Below are positions 23,934 to 24,000 of a stretch of 24,000 nucleotides of DNA, one piece after another. A model generated the notes under the pieces. That model was not told the DNA's origin. It worked only from the letters and a program-made list of their open reading frames with translations, and did no database searches. The stretch's first letter is position 1. Each line of letters opens with the position of its first letter. The stretch is taken from sequence record MN038175.1; one strand, written 5' to 3'. The stretch comes from Pantoea phage Phynn. The translations under genes were made by a program, and so were the position numbers.

Positions 23934-24000
23934 TATCAGATCCTTTCCAGAATGACACAGATCCATGTCATAGTTTCTTCTTCAACTTCAACCGATTTTG

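Noticed and set aside
1-24000. tRNA genes, homing endonucleases or introns, which are common in T4-like phages
   Set aside because: No cloverleaf-like segments, GIY-YIG or HNH motifs were noticed, and topoisomerase and rII ORFs are uninterrupted. tRNAscan-SE and Infernal were not run, so this is a by-eye negative.

Overview
The window looks like part of a T4-superfamily tailed phage genome. I did not assign a genus. Plus strand, positions 1 to about 8610: a late-type module of three to four tail-fibre or hinge genes, a small fibre-tip-like gene and a T4 gpt-like holin. Two of the fibres share an N-terminal module and end in S74 intramolecular-chaperone domains. Minus strand, positions about 8590-23966: a tightly packed early/middle-type block. 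Recognisable products are rIIB, rIIA, a SprT-like metallopeptidase, the type II topoisomerase medium subunit (gp52-like), an undivided topoisomerase large subunit (gp39+gp60-like), a MazG-like protein with a long extra N-terminus, and a DexA exonuclease. Many small ORFs have unknown function. Main unusual signals: (1) a recurring intergenic module in which the terminator hairpin contains the -35 of the next promoter, including a 45-bp perfect duplicate 7.4 kb apart; (2) a conserved putative promoter/5'-leader element ending in ATCGAAACG(AAA) at four sites, two of which carry different inverted repeats around the -10; (3) a SprT/Spartan-like protease encoded directly downstream of the phage topoisomerase genes; (4) two adjacent small ORFs that weakly resemble the DUF2829/Tad2 anti-Thoeris family; (5) small ORFs absent from the supplied track, namely a 44-aa Lys/His-rich GTG-start ORF and a 58-aa membrane ORF; (6) a two-member paralogous small-protein family. 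No tRNA, CRISPR array, IS element or intron was recognised.
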